From a virus, in the IMG/VR virus record IMGVR_UViG_3300046791_000298, positions 1-64,000 of that record: DNA of 64,000 nucleotides; one strand, 5' to 3'. The translations under genes were made by a program, and so were the position numbers. The notes beneath the pieces are model-generated. The model had not been told where the DNA came from. It made no database searches and saw nothing but the letters and a program-made list of their open reading frames with translations. This document shows, in pieces, positions 47,201 through 56,247 of this stretch. How positions within the stretch are numbered: position 1 is the stretch's first letter; each line of letters opens with the position of its first letter.

Positions 47201-47397
47201 GTAGAAACGACCGGCTTTTGTGCGGTGAAACCATCTGAGGATTTTTGGTCTTCTGTAGTAGGCTCTTTTTTTTTTACTTGGTTGAGTTGCCGAAGGATTG
47301 GATCCTCTTCCTCGGACGTAGTCTGTTCCTCAACCTTTTTTTTTGGCTTCGATCCGTTTAATTTCTTGAGAATGGGGTCATCTATCTCTTCTGCCAT
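44275..47397 (-). CDS. Polyvalent virion-type protein with GGCT/AIG2-like and zeta-toxin-like kinase domains
   Basis: Gly-rich hydrophobic segments; VFVYGTLK...VPGQV..L....LEKLDKYE (GGCT); TSGGTGSGKT, IYDGNL, YRDPVEA, GRTVP (zeta-like). Confidence 0.75.
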   Translation of the reverse strand: MAEEIDDPILKKLNGSKPKKKVEEQTTSEEEDPILRQLNQVKKKEPTTEDQKSSDGFTAQKPVVSTGVSSVVQEPSPKPSEKNTGGELHTGYNPLNPTGIGDALVRSFVNFFTTATPLVIHREALKSMPTNYEELLKKADQGPTDAEETGILTMEKIKSTPLKDLLAEYKERAAQEPGTQLHPNQNRAAKDTYNILLRASKSSNTSPERVMGFYKDEVNRLIQKTRDTFEKEKIVANQTQGQENLKGIPQDFTSIKSAKDFEKWLEGSVGQGVASSIGFATSPVILFKMERYDALDEIRAKKAQNLSEKFGTEITPISLEKIQTKEENQSDENIANTVGLISMGLEGLGFLAGAGKAIKQVFLKSAKKQVLEQVVKFGVKGALKDIGIAGGGEFATEYLQDVDQQVGALLANGMTLTEAMANVNHQRAFNAGMQGFAPGAVFGSVTAISEFNENNLSVPAGDLGKNATTVIKEEQKNVDPNDINALDKSAEAIQQSVDNSEQIKSEEGIQNALQKPSTEGLLQREQGEAGVPGSKRGRVEPGVEGKETAQANLEGEKETAKEPVVKEGVKKVFVYGTLKDAETRKQALGEDVTTTSAETTGKVKDVGDGYTTLESGEDKVPGQVMELSPQQLEKLDKYENKYQREEITLANGEKAFAYKLKEKQPVPYTPEPSLSPEQKAVETKFGKYLNENFGEAKKTYKEKFGNVLNADNARELSKDYEDNRALSSAVHEPAAAFIRKLYQEKLDAEWFLKGEENTGIFTSGGTGSGKTVSLEGEDPNSVRFIYDGNLDHFETAKEKIDKALNAGVKDIDIRYTYRDPVEAFENGVIKRMLDKKSDGFGRTVPIFIHAQTHIGSRVNIDQLMRQYKGNSKVHFTVIDNSRGAGNAKEVRIAKIPEIPYTAKELEKKLTGITEKLYNEGKITKSQYEGLTIKRRDYAEGVRPASTGETKTVSTSNVSNQAVNESTQQTNAGKPQQGGSEGLTQEISENQILSPEARETTVSVSVPSLKYIHEEINAGSAHDTLMGVRKKISKLVACLKT

Positions 47398-49205
47398 TTG
47401 CCACTTGTGCTATCGTAAAAATAAATATTATTACCAACTTTGTATTGATTATCAGTAGTCCACTGGTCTATATCTGCACCAGTGCTTTTAATCGATACGC
47501 CACGCTCTTCAACAGGTAATCTTTTAGCAATATTTTTAGTTGATTGAGTAACTCTATCCTGGTATTTCTTCTCAAACTCAAGCATCTCAGGACTCCAATT
47601 CTTTTTATTCCTTAAGTCTAATCCCCCGGAGCCATCGCCTGCTTTTGTGGCACCCTTCAACCTTCCGTAGTCGGCTTCACTCGGTTCTAATAATTCATCG
47701 TACCGAATTCCGGAAGTTTTAATATTACTATTTCTGACAGAACTCATAATTTCTTCATCCGATGAATCATCATTAGAAACAGCCTGTTGTGCGTTCTGAA
47801 CTAATGCTAATTGACGTTGTATTTTATTGATAGTTTCCTGGTCTCCACTTTCAACGGCCTCTCCTAACTGAGTCTCAAGAGAACCCTTTTTCCGATTAAT
47901 ATCACCCATAACAGTATTCTTATCAATGGAATGACCACGGAAAACTACTTGAAGATCAGGATTCATTCCAGCCACATCCTCATCCGATAAATTATCAATA
48001 TTAAAAACAGGTGTTCCGTTTTGCCTTTTTGCCATCAATTGATAGCCAGTCACATTAAAAGGTGCCTCTCCTGCTCGTCTGCTCTTTTGTCCTGAACGTA
48101 AATCATAACTGACCTTACCATCAACCTCAAATGATAATGGCTTACCATTTTTTTGCATCAATGTTCCTCCTGGACTTACAAATTTTTGATCACCAACATC
48201 ATTATCGAAAGTTGTAAATTCGTGACGCTGATCAGTGTTTACATTATTGACCGATTTAGGCTCTTTGTAATTGACATCAGTCTTAAGGGTGATCTTAGCC
48301 GCTTCCTCTAATTCTTTTTTGGCTTTCTCCCGAATACGCTCGTTGTAAGGCTTATTGTTGATGACATTGTCCTTTTCATTTGAAATTAAATGTAACATCA
48401 GTTGGCCATCATTCAATCCCTTCAATTTTTGGACTCTCTCATCTCCTTGGGCAATTAATTTTTTGACTTGGTCAGCCTCATCAGATATCTCATTCTTTAC
48501 ATCAAATGCTATAGAATTTTGAACATCATCCCGGCTATTTAAATAGTCTTTAACGTGTGTGTCTGTTACGCCAGGTGCTCCAGTCTTTTCATCCCAGAAG
48601 GGAGAACTCCCGTATTTTGTTGAGTCAACATTGGTATTCCCATATTTTCTTTCCGCCTCCTTATCTCCGTAAAGTTTGACCCAATCCGAAACATAATTTT
48701 TTCGTTTAAAAGCTAGAGGGTTATCTCCAATGGTATTGGCCACATCTAATAGTCGGCCTCCTCGGGTCCTAAAATCGATATCCCCATCGTCTCCAAAAGC
48801 CGCAGTCTGGAGTGTCTTTTTATCTACCTCCGGATCGTAGTACTTGTCGTCAGTTGCCTTTTTATCAATTCTGGTATTTAGATTAGTAAAAAGTTCATGC
48901 TGAGCTTTTTGATCTGCCGCGTATCTTTTACCCTGTTCTTCCATCTCAACAAGTTGCTGTGAAGGAGAACTGGATTTTCTGAAATTTTCTCTGGCTAGTT
49001 TTGTTACACTCTTTACATAAGCCTCGTTGAACTTATTATCATTCTCAAACTTGCTGTAATCGAGGGCGTATTTGTATTGATCAGCAGTAGCTCTTCTTTT
49101 ATTATAATCGGAAGCAACTCCTCTAAAGAAATTAGATAACCCTTGAGCGACAGGGGAAAAGTCCGTTTGGATTATTTCTTCAGGTTTGTAAAATTCTCTG
49201 TACAT
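47382..49205 (-). CDS. Putative internal virion protein
   Basis: 607 aa hydrophilic; positional inference. Confidence 0.55.
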   Translation of the reverse strand: MYREFYKPEEIIQTDFSPVAQGLSNFFRGVASDYNKRRATADQYKYALDYSKFENDNKFNEAYVKSVTKLARENFRKSSSPSQQLVEMEEQGKRYAADQKAQHELFTNLNTRIDKKATDDKYYDPEVDKKTLQTAAFGDDGDIDFRTRGGRLLDVANTIGDNPLAFKRKNYVSDWVKLYGDKEAERKYGNTNVDSTKYGSSPFWDEKTGAPGVTDTHVKDYLNSRDDVQNSIAFDVKNEISDEADQVKKLIAQGDERVQKLKGLNDGQLMLHLISNEKDNVINNKPYNERIREKAKKELEEAAKITLKTDVNYKEPKSVNNVNTDQRHEFTTFDNDVGDQKFVSPGGTLMQKNGKPLSFEVDGKVSYDLRSGQKSRRAGEAPFNVTGYQLMAKRQNGTPVFNIDNLSDEDVAGMNPDLQVVFRGHSIDKNTVMGDINRKKGSLETQLGEAVESGDQETINKIQRQLALVQNAQQAVSNDDSSDEEIMSSVRNSNIKTSGIRYDELLEPSEADYGRLKGATKAGDGSGGLDLRNKKNWSPEMLEFEKKYQDRVTQSTKNIAKRLPVEERGVSIKSTGADIDQWTTDNQYKVGNNIYFYDSTSGKWQKR

Positions 49206-49209
49206 GGGT

Positions 49210-49791
49210 TTAAGCTACTGTTCCTGGTAAAGTATTAGTAGCATCGATATTTGTGAATCCGCTTCCAGCCGCGCCTCCACTTATTCCTCCACCACCACCA
49301 AGAAGACCACCAGAGAGTAACGAACCAGCACCAGATAAAAGTCCTCCAGCTATGTTACTCCACAATGCATTACGATTGGCTTTTTGTTCTTTAAGGGCCC
49401 TGAGTTTTGCTTCCCATGGCGCATAAATATTTTGGTACCAAGCCTTATCCTTTTCTTCCGCCAGAGCAGTTTTTGCTCCGTATAAATCTTGCGTGTTTTG
49501 TCGTCTTATTGCAGATTCGTCCTGGGCCAGATTTCTAACTGCCGTCTGTTTGTTCCCTTCGATAGCCGCCAATGTTGAAAGTAACGCAGATGTACTTGAT
49601 GAATAATCCTTAGCCTGGCCAAGAGCATCAGCCTCTCCCTGATTTAAATTTTCTTCTGCTATCTGAATTTCCTGTGGTCTTCCAAATGCCTTAGCAGTCG
49701 CCAGCGCCACATTTTCGTACGCTTCCGGCTGGACTGCATACTTAGGCATGGTCGTCAGTTGCTTATTTATTTGCTTCTTCAGGTTTGCCAT
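49210..49791 (-). CDS. Putative ejection/pilot protein
   Basis: A/Q-rich coiled coil and Gly-rich hydrophobic C-terminus; TAACTTTG at 49809-49816. Confidence 0.6.
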   Translation of the reverse strand: MANLKKQINKQLTTMPKYAVQPEAYENVALATAKAFGRPQEIQIAEENLNQGEADALGQAKDYSSSTSALLSTLAAIEGNKQTAVRNLAQDESAIRRQNTQDLYGAKTALAEEKDKAWYQNIYAPWEAKLRALKEQKANRNALWSNIAGGLLSGAGSLLSGGLLGGGGGISGGAAGSGFTNIDATNTLPGTVA

Positions 49792-49816
49792 AATCTCACT
49801 GTTTTAGCCAAAGTTA

Positions 49817-52800
49817 TTAAGTTTTAACCGTTTTCTCACTTAGGGTATAATATAGCGCTAGCCAATTGAAAACAGATAAATAAGTCACTGCTGGATTAAG
49901 TTTTAACCGAACTAGTAATGCTTTACTTCGCATAACATCACCATTAATTTTCGCATCGTCTCCCGTTTTATTAGCAGTATTTACATCTCGCATGATATCA
50001 GCCCAAAACATATCTTCCTTGTCAGTCAGATCATCTAGATTGATGTATGTTCCCTGGATAGTTGCTCCATTACTTTTCCAATCTCCTTTAATTGAGGGCA
50101 AAGACCATTTATCGGAAGCAATATGCCCTTGTGCCTGCCATACTTTCTTTTTTCTGAAACTAGGATTTGCAATCAATTCAATTTCACAATCTTTTTTCAC
50201 TCCATAGAAAGTGCTGAAATTATCCTCATCGGCTTCATGAATATGAATTTTACCTGTTGTCATTGAATAAACCTCATTATCAAGCGATTCGAATCCTTCT
50301 GCCGCAAAATCAAAAAATTCCTTCCAACGTGGTCCCGTCGGAGTTTCTTCATGGAATGATATGCATTTATAAACAGAATACCCTTTAAAGGTTCCAGGTA
50401 AATCAACATGATCCAGGTACATTAACCATCTATCGTGATAATTATCCCAAGTTGAAATAATTTTAACTGGAGTATCGGATGCTGCATTGATGCCCGCAAT
50501 TATTATCGATAAATCCTTGAACCAGTTTTTCATTTTATATTTACTGCTGATCTCAGTCAATCCGTCCTGGGCATAACGAATCCATGAGCCTGCTTTTTGA
50601 TCCCAATAAATCAATCGACCTCTTTCTAAGCTAATACTCTCCGGGTTTAATGTCCCATGACTCCCTAAAAGTGTATTGAATGAACCTAGAACACGATCGC
50701 TCAGTGCGATTTGTTGCCTTCCGGATAAGTCTTCAAGGACAGTCCTGTTAACATAAATACTCCAGGTTTCAGATTCACCAATAGCAAGCAGGATGTTACC
50801 AACCGATTCAACTTGCGCATGGGATATATTTACAAGGGCTCGTATTCTACCGTATTCAGCAGGGTATATAAATTGATCTCTATCATTAAATCTATTAATT
50901 TGATTAACGAAAGAGTCTTGAACCAATTTCCCCCCAAACCTAGCCTGTGTTTGTATAAATGTCGCTTCTGGCAGATCAAGATATGCGATTGAAGGTCGTC
51001 CGTTATTCTTTTCCCAGAACTCGTATGTCTTTTCAACATCAGGATTCATTGAAGTAGCAACCCCCGTGCTGATAATTGATAAATCCCGAAAAATTATTTT
51101 TTGGATAGAAAAACAATCCCCATAAAACAATGGCATTTTATTGAAGATATCAAATGGACCCTGTTGTGATAATTCAACGGAGGTATTATCGATATAAACC
51201 CAATCTCTTTTACTGAAATCACGACTTGCTGTGCCGGGGAATAAAATAGGGTACCATTCTCCGCATTCGTGAAATATAAAATTATTATCATCCGGGATTT
51301 CATTCGGAGTATATACCTCCATGTCATATTTTGAACCCCATACAGCACCGTCACCAGTAGGGAGACTTAATAGGGTGCTTGGTTTTTCTACGATAATGCC
51401 AGCCCCAGTGAATTCTAATATTTCAAGATCATATATTCTAAGGTCAGCCGAGGATGCCGGGGAAGCTAACTCACTACCCCAAAACCTTACTCGATCTCCT
51501 TCACGAAAATTATAAAATAGTTTAGCGAGCGGCTTATTTTTAGTGGATGATTGCCTGGCCGCATTGTACCAGTTATTGATATCAATGTATATTCTGCTTG
51601 CATTAGTTACAGCGATTGAAGTAGATGTGCTAACACGGATTTCTGGCCCAATCTTAAATCTCATTTTATTGAAATCCAGATAACCAGCTTTCGATTTATC
51701 TCTGAATAAATTAATACTGATTTGATCTGTCTTGCTAAGGATTTCACTTGTGCCAAGTTTTGCTTTCTCAATCTCCTGAGCTACTTGATAGCCATCAACG
51801 ATATTTGAATTCTCAAAATGTTGAGCAAGTTTGTCTTTTATAGCCTGTGGCAAAGAAGTTGCCCCAATTAAAGTAGATGCCGAATCGAGTAAGGGCACAA
51901 ATTTATTAGCAATCCCCCTCATGAAGGAGTTGATATTAATAACATTGCTTCTCACTATCTGAAAGCAGGTTGCCCACTCTGGGGGTACTACTGAATCTGG
52001 TATTTTAAAAGTGAGAGCATGTAAACGAAACTGACTTGTCACCGGCAATTCGTAAATCCAATTATCAGTAGTATAGGTTAGGCTTCTCCATCCAGTATGA
52101 TCACCATAAATGATACCACCTTTGTAAAGCCCTCTATCCTTAAAATTAAATTGGCTAAGCGCATTTAACTTCAATAATTTTTCTCTTGGTGTAGGATCAA
52201 ATTGAGGGAAAGAACTACTCGGATCAGCATCATTCCAGTCTGCGCCTGGATCAATTACACTTCCAACATCTTCAACAGCGAAATCAGTAACAGGCTCATG
52301 TTCATTTAAACAATCACCAAAAACAAATCTGTTATCAATTGCCTCAACAGTGCCAGCTAAAAAGGGGACGCTATCGAACTGCTCATTAAATTCAGCACTA
52401 GGGATAATCCTACCGTCAACTGATCCATCAAAATAATGGTATGGCTCGAATACTCCACCGCTTTCGTAAATACGTTTCCATAGTCTCCATGGACTTCTTT
52501 CTCCTTCACGATAAGCTAGTTCAATATACTCTACAGCTTCAGTGAATTTTATACTATCATGACCAAAATAATTGTATTCCGCCAGCGTGCCAGGAACATC
52601 TAAGATGCTTCCACGGACCTCAACTTCAATTGCAGTTATAACTTTGTTAGCATAATAATTTGTGAATACACTATTCACATCTTCAACGTATGCAGCCTTA
52701 CTCACTGGCCCCCATCTTGATTTCAGTTTGCCTTTATAAACATATTTGTGGGTAAACTGAAAGACCTTATTCGAGAGCTTCTCCCAATTATTAATCGATC

Positions 52801-53392
52801 CGTCATAATAAATTCTTGGTATCGAAGGAGCAGTTGGAGCCCATTTAACGAAAGAGATATGAAATTCTCTAAGATTACTACCTAATGTAAATGCGGTTTG
52901 GTAAATAGTATTGACGTCAACCAGTCTGGGAGCATTTATACGATCAGTAAAAGCCAGCCAGTTGTTGATTAGGGCGGCCTTTATAAAAGTGCCGAAGTTA
53001 AGTATACTATTTTCAACTAAAAGATAGGTTGTACGTTCTGCTTTAACATACATCTCAATGCGATCGGTGGTGTCTTCCCAGAAGATAAATACTCGCCCAT
53101 TAGCAACATCTTTAAGTTTCCCCCTCTCAATACCAGAGGATGGATATGTTGCGCTAACCCAGGCGGATCCGTTCCAAGATTTATAGAGAGTAACTTGAGT
53201 AGTCCCCGCAACAGTCTCACTCCCTCCTGTATTGTTTTCAATACTGGAGCCATTATTCATGTTGCGCATATATGTGTAATCACCTAACTCAAAAAGGCTA
53301 CGTCCTTCAGCCCCGAGCGGGGGTGAAAGAGGGCTGTCATCATGGTTCAGCCCGCCACGAGGCGATAGTAAGACTTCTGTTAATTCTGGCAT
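49817..53392 (-). CDS. Tail nozzle/stabilization-like protein
   Basis: 1191 aa beta-rich; GGLNHD..GDY, NRFVFG, HGTLNPES, YWDQKAG, WDNYHDRW; follows three ring-size genes. Confidence 0.65.
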   Translation of the reverse strand: MPELTEVLLSPRGGLNHDDSPLSPPLGAEGRSLFELGDYTYMRNMNNGSSIENNTGGSETVAGTTQVTLYKSWNGSAWVSATYPSSGIERGKLKDVANGRVFIFWEDTTDRIEMYVKAERTTYLLVENSILNFGTFIKAALINNWLAFTDRINAPRLVDVNTIYQTAFTLGSNLREFHISFVKWAPTAPSIPRIYYDGSINNWEKLSNKVFQFTHKYVYKGKLKSRWGPVSKAAYVEDVNSVFTNYYANKVITAIEVEVRGSILDVPGTLAEYNYFGHDSIKFTEAVEYIELAYREGERSPWRLWKRIYESGGVFEPYHYFDGSVDGRIIPSAEFNEQFDSVPFLAGTVEAIDNRFVFGDCLNEHEPVTDFAVEDVGSVIDPGADWNDADPSSSFPQFDPTPREKLLKLNALSQFNFKDRGLYKGGIIYGDHTGWRSLTYTTDNWIYELPVTSQFRLHALTFKIPDSVVPPEWATCFQIVRSNVININSFMRGIANKFVPLLDSASTLIGATSLPQAIKDKLAQHFENSNIVDGYQVAQEIEKAKLGTSEILSKTDQISINLFRDKSKAGYLDFNKMRFKIGPEIRVSTSTSIAVTNASRIYIDINNWYNAARQSSTKNKPLAKLFYNFREGDRVRFWGSELASPASSADLRIYDLEILEFTGAGIIVEKPSTLLSLPTGDGAVWGSKYDMEVYTPNEIPDDNNFIFHECGEWYPILFPGTASRDFSKRDWVYIDNTSVELSQQGPFDIFNKMPLFYGDCFSIQKIIFRDLSIISTGVATSMNPDVEKTYEFWEKNNGRPSIAYLDLPEATFIQTQARFGGKLVQDSFVNQINRFNDRDQFIYPAEYGRIRALVNISHAQVESVGNILLAIGESETWSIYVNRTVLEDLSGRQQIALSDRVLGSFNTLLGSHGTLNPESISLERGRLIYWDQKAGSWIRYAQDGLTEISSKYKMKNWFKDLSIIIAGINAASDTPVKIISTWDNYHDRWLMYLDHVDLPGTFKGYSVYKCISFHEETPTGPRWKEFFDFAAEGFESLDNEVYSMTTGKIHIHEADEDNFSTFYGVKKDCEIELIANPSFRKKKVWQAQGHIASDKWSLPSIKGDWKSNGATIQGTYINLDDLTDKEDMFWADIMRDVNTANKTGDDAKINGDVMRSKALLVRLKLNPAVTYLSVFNWLALYYTLSEKTVKT

Positions 53393-53610
53393 TATACTTT
53401 AGCAAGCGGATTTTTCTCACTGAAATATTTTTTTGATTCCCATCCTTCTTTTCCTTCACCAGATTTAGTTACAAGAAATCCATTTTCAATTTTCTCAACC
53501 GAAACACTCATGTTTTCAGATGGTGTTGGAAGAGTAATTTCTTCTGCCTTGTCTTCTTTTTCCTCAGATTTGGATTCTTTTTTCTTAGATGTTCCTGATC
53601 TTACTTTCAT
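53392..53610 (-). CDS. Small charged hypothetical protein
   Basis: VSVEKIENGFLV. Confidence 0.55.
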   Translation of the reverse strand: MKVRSGTSKKKESKSEEKEDKAEEITLPTPSENMSVSVEKIENGFLVTKSGEGKEGWESKKYFSEKNPLAKV

Positions 53611-53621
53611 ATTGGTATGGG

Positions 53622-54413
53622 TTAAACCTTCGATCTCAGAGCGTAATATTTTCTTGAAATATGGACCATATCCTTCGGACGTAAATTCGATGTACGACCT
53701 CTTACTAAAGTCATTGCATCAGCGACTTCTCTGCCAGTTCTGATAATTGACGATTCACTCCGTTCACGAACTGGACGAGTGCGTTCAATTTCATGCTCAA
53801 TATATTTTTTCACATAATCGGCTAAATATGCATGTACAATCGTTTCACCGCATACATTTATTCCATCAGAAATTGTTTCAATCACTAATTCAGTTGCGTT
53901 CAGTGGAGCATCTAAAAGTATTTCCTTACAGCCGCCACCACGATCAACGAATTGGAATAATCCTTGAGAGGGGATGCCACCACCAACACTGAATAAACTA
54001 TTGCCATTATAGTTAGCAAAAAAGTAACCTCCGTATGATCCGAAGTCGAGGCCATTTGGGAGAGAATCGGGTGGCCAGTGTTCTGTAAATTGAGGATTAC
54101 CAAGCGTGCGCTCTTCTTTACTGAGGTCGGCATTAACTGAGAGTGTTCTAAGGTATTGACCACATGGAACCGCAACTTTAATCCAATCCACACAGCCCGT
54201 ATCCAATGTAACTGTTTTTACATCAGATATCGTTTTACGGACAGTCTTTACTTCCTGGGCTTGATCGAGTTTTAATTCTCTGAATCCCCATTTCGCCATC
54301 CCGAGAAATTTGGCAAAGTACGCCTGAGTCAAACCGTGGTTCTCGATAACCTGATCCACGATGGACGAAATCTTATTGTATTGGTCCGTGGTATTTATTA
54401 AATCCTCAGCCAT
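53622..54413 (-). CDS. Putative tail ring/adaptor protein
   Basis: Helix-beta-helix layout; VTLDTGCVDWIKV. Confidence 0.55.
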   Translation of the reverse strand: MAEDLINTTDQYNKISSIVDQVIENHGLTQAYFAKFLGMAKWGFRELKLDQAQEVKTVRKTISDVKTVTLDTGCVDWIKVAVPCGQYLRTLSVNADLSKEERTLGNPQFTEHWPPDSLPNGLDFGSYGGYFFANYNGNSLFSVGGGIPSQGLFQFVDRGGGCKEILLDAPLNATELVIETISDGINVCGETIVHAYLADYVKKYIEHEIERTRPVRERSESSIIRTGREVADAMTLVRGRTSNLRPKDMVHISRKYYALRSKV

Positions 54414-55083
54414 CTTTTCTTAGGTTAGCAGTATCAATACTTTCTCTTACTGTATCGGCTCCTTGATTTTTGCGTTCTCTAAACCATTTAACTGTCTCCC
54501 TGATAACATAATCCTCCATACCTGCGTCAATTGGGTAAGGAGCATCGTCATTAATAGCGGAGGCGTCTCTTATCACTAATTGTAATCCAGCGCCACCAAA
54601 CTTAGACGAGATATCCTGGCGACCCTTAAAATAAAATCTGCTGCCCTGTAGATAAACCCCCAGCCTTCCCTCAAGATTACCGGCCAGTGTATTTCTAATA
54701 GTAACAGCCTCTGATGGTGTTAATATTGCTATTGGATCGAAATAATTCTTCTCCAGGTAAACTCGCACAATACCTCCATTTCTTGGAAGGACTACATAAT
54801 TCGATGGAAGCGCAAAATAACTCTCACCATTATCGGTTACATCAGTAATCGGTAGCCATGAATTAAGTCGTCCGTCCCACGTGGTTATATATTGATCATC
54901 AATAGACTTTTCGCCCAGATTCCAGCTCTCAAAAATCCCCATCTTGGCACCATAATTTACGATCTGATCCATGCGAAGTATCACTTCACGTTGATCAATT
55001 TTTTCATCGCGATTACGGAACTGGCTATTGAGTTCAAGTAAAACTTGTTCTGAAAAATATAATTTTGTTTTAACTGTTGCCAT
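54406..55083 (-). CDS. Putative tail ring/adaptor protein
   Basis: YFALPSNYV, PYPIDAGME. Confidence 0.55.
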   Translation of the reverse strand: MATVKTKLYFSEQVLLELNSQFRNRDEKIDQREVILRMDQIVNYGAKMGIFESWNLGEKSIDDQYITTWDGRLNSWLPITDVTDNGESYFALPSNYVVLPRNGGIVRVYLEKNYFDPIAILTPSEAVTIRNTLAGNLEGRLGVYLQGSRFYFKGRQDISSKFGGAGLQLVIRDASAINDDAPYPIDAGMEDYVIRETVKWFRERKNQGADTVRESIDTANLRKDG

Positions 55084-55084
55084 A

Positions 55085-55759
55085 TTACACGCCCTCCTTT
55101 TCTTTAATCATCGCATACTGTGTCAATTCAGCAAGACTTAAGTTCACGCCAAAGAATTGAAGAATGATCATAATTATTTCGAGATGCGTGATATCCGCCA
55201 ATTCAAAATCTACGCTATTCCCGGCTCCTACTACTCCTCCAGTAGCGGCATAGATTGGCTTACCGCTGACCATAGTATAATTCCAGATGGGTGTCTCGGG
55301 CTGACGTAGATAATTTAATTTTATCGGTGTAAGCGAAGTTGGATAGATATGAAAGCCCGCCTCAGATACAACGAACTTAGGGAATGTCGCTGTCGGTGGA
55401 GCAATCACACTTCTATTCATGATGGCAATCTCATCAGGAGTAGCCTCTTGGATTAAAATACCACCGTTTGTAGTAAGTGAATCCCAGTCGATGTACTCTC
55501 CTGGCGGTACCGCTATCCCTCCAGAGACAGTGATTGACTCATTGAGTTTAAGGATATTACTCAATTCTCTACGAATTGTCTGATCAGATTGCCAGCCAGT
55601 TTTTATTCCTTTCGCATCATACTTAGGGGTGATACGTCCGTTGATAAAAGAAATCTGAGCCCGTGGAGCAACAAGGTTGAATTGCTCAGGGGCAATATTC
55701 CCATTCTGCTCTTTATTGTAAAAGAATTGAGTAATTCGATATATTTCGTCAATAGTCAT
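55085..55759 (-). CDS. Putative tail ring/adaptor protein
   Basis: NKEQNGNIAPEQFN...AQ, YLRQPETP.W, SVDFEL. Confidence 0.6.
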   Translation of the reverse strand: MTIDEIYRITQFFYNKEQNGNIAPEQFNLVAPRAQISFINGRITPKYDAKGIKTGWQSDQTIRRELSNILKLNESITVSGGIAVPPGEYIDWDSLTTNGGILIQEATPDEIAIMNRSVIAPPTATFPKFVVSEAGFHIYPTSLTPIKLNYLRQPETPIWNYTMVSGKPIYAATGGVVGAGNSVDFELADITHLEIIMIILQFFGVNLSLAELTQYAMIKEKEGV

Positions 55760-55767
55760 TAGTCATT

Positions 55768-56211
55768 TTAATCGTTTTGTTCTTCTTCCTCCTCCTCTTC
55801 TTCCTGTTCAATTTCAACCACAGGCATTGCAGGAATAACAACCGACTGAAATGCTCGCTTCATATCGAAAGTAATGCCATCGGTAGGATATTTTTCGATT
55901 ACATGACATGATATCATCACCTCTTCCTTATCAATTTCATCCATTTTTGCCCAAATTTTCTTGGTGTCCTCCTCAGTATGCTGATACCGGCCATTCTTAT
56001 CGAGATCAATGTGTTTTGAGTTTGTTTTCTTAGCCAGGCTTATCTTAAACAAATCTCTCTTACGATCTACTTTCTTCAATTTTTCAATAGCTGATGGCAA
56101 AATTGCTTCAATTGCTTTTGACAGGTCTGATTCCTCTGTATTGCTCAGATATTGCTTGCTGGCAAATACGAATAGATTCAATTGCTCTTTAGTGATTGTC
56201 GTTTTGTCCAT
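55768..56211 (-). CDS. Hypothetical protein with acidic tail, possible assembly chaperone
   Basis: 147 aa with poly-E C-terminus; follows fibre genes. Confidence 0.55.
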   Translation of the reverse strand: MDKTTITKEQLNLFVFASKQYLSNTEESDLSKAIEAILPSAIEKLKKVDRKRDLFKISLAKKTNSKHIDLDKNGRYQHTEEDTKKIWAKMDEIDKEEVMISCHVIEKYPTDGITFDMKRAFQSVVIPAMPVVEIEQEEEEEEEEQND

Positions 56212-56247
56212 AACACATTTTTTTATTATAAAGTTAGGGATTAGATT

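Noticed and set aside
33122-47397. The two large proteins as halves of one gene split by the glycan cassette
   Set aside because: Each has its own start and stop, and several intact minus-strand genes lie between them.
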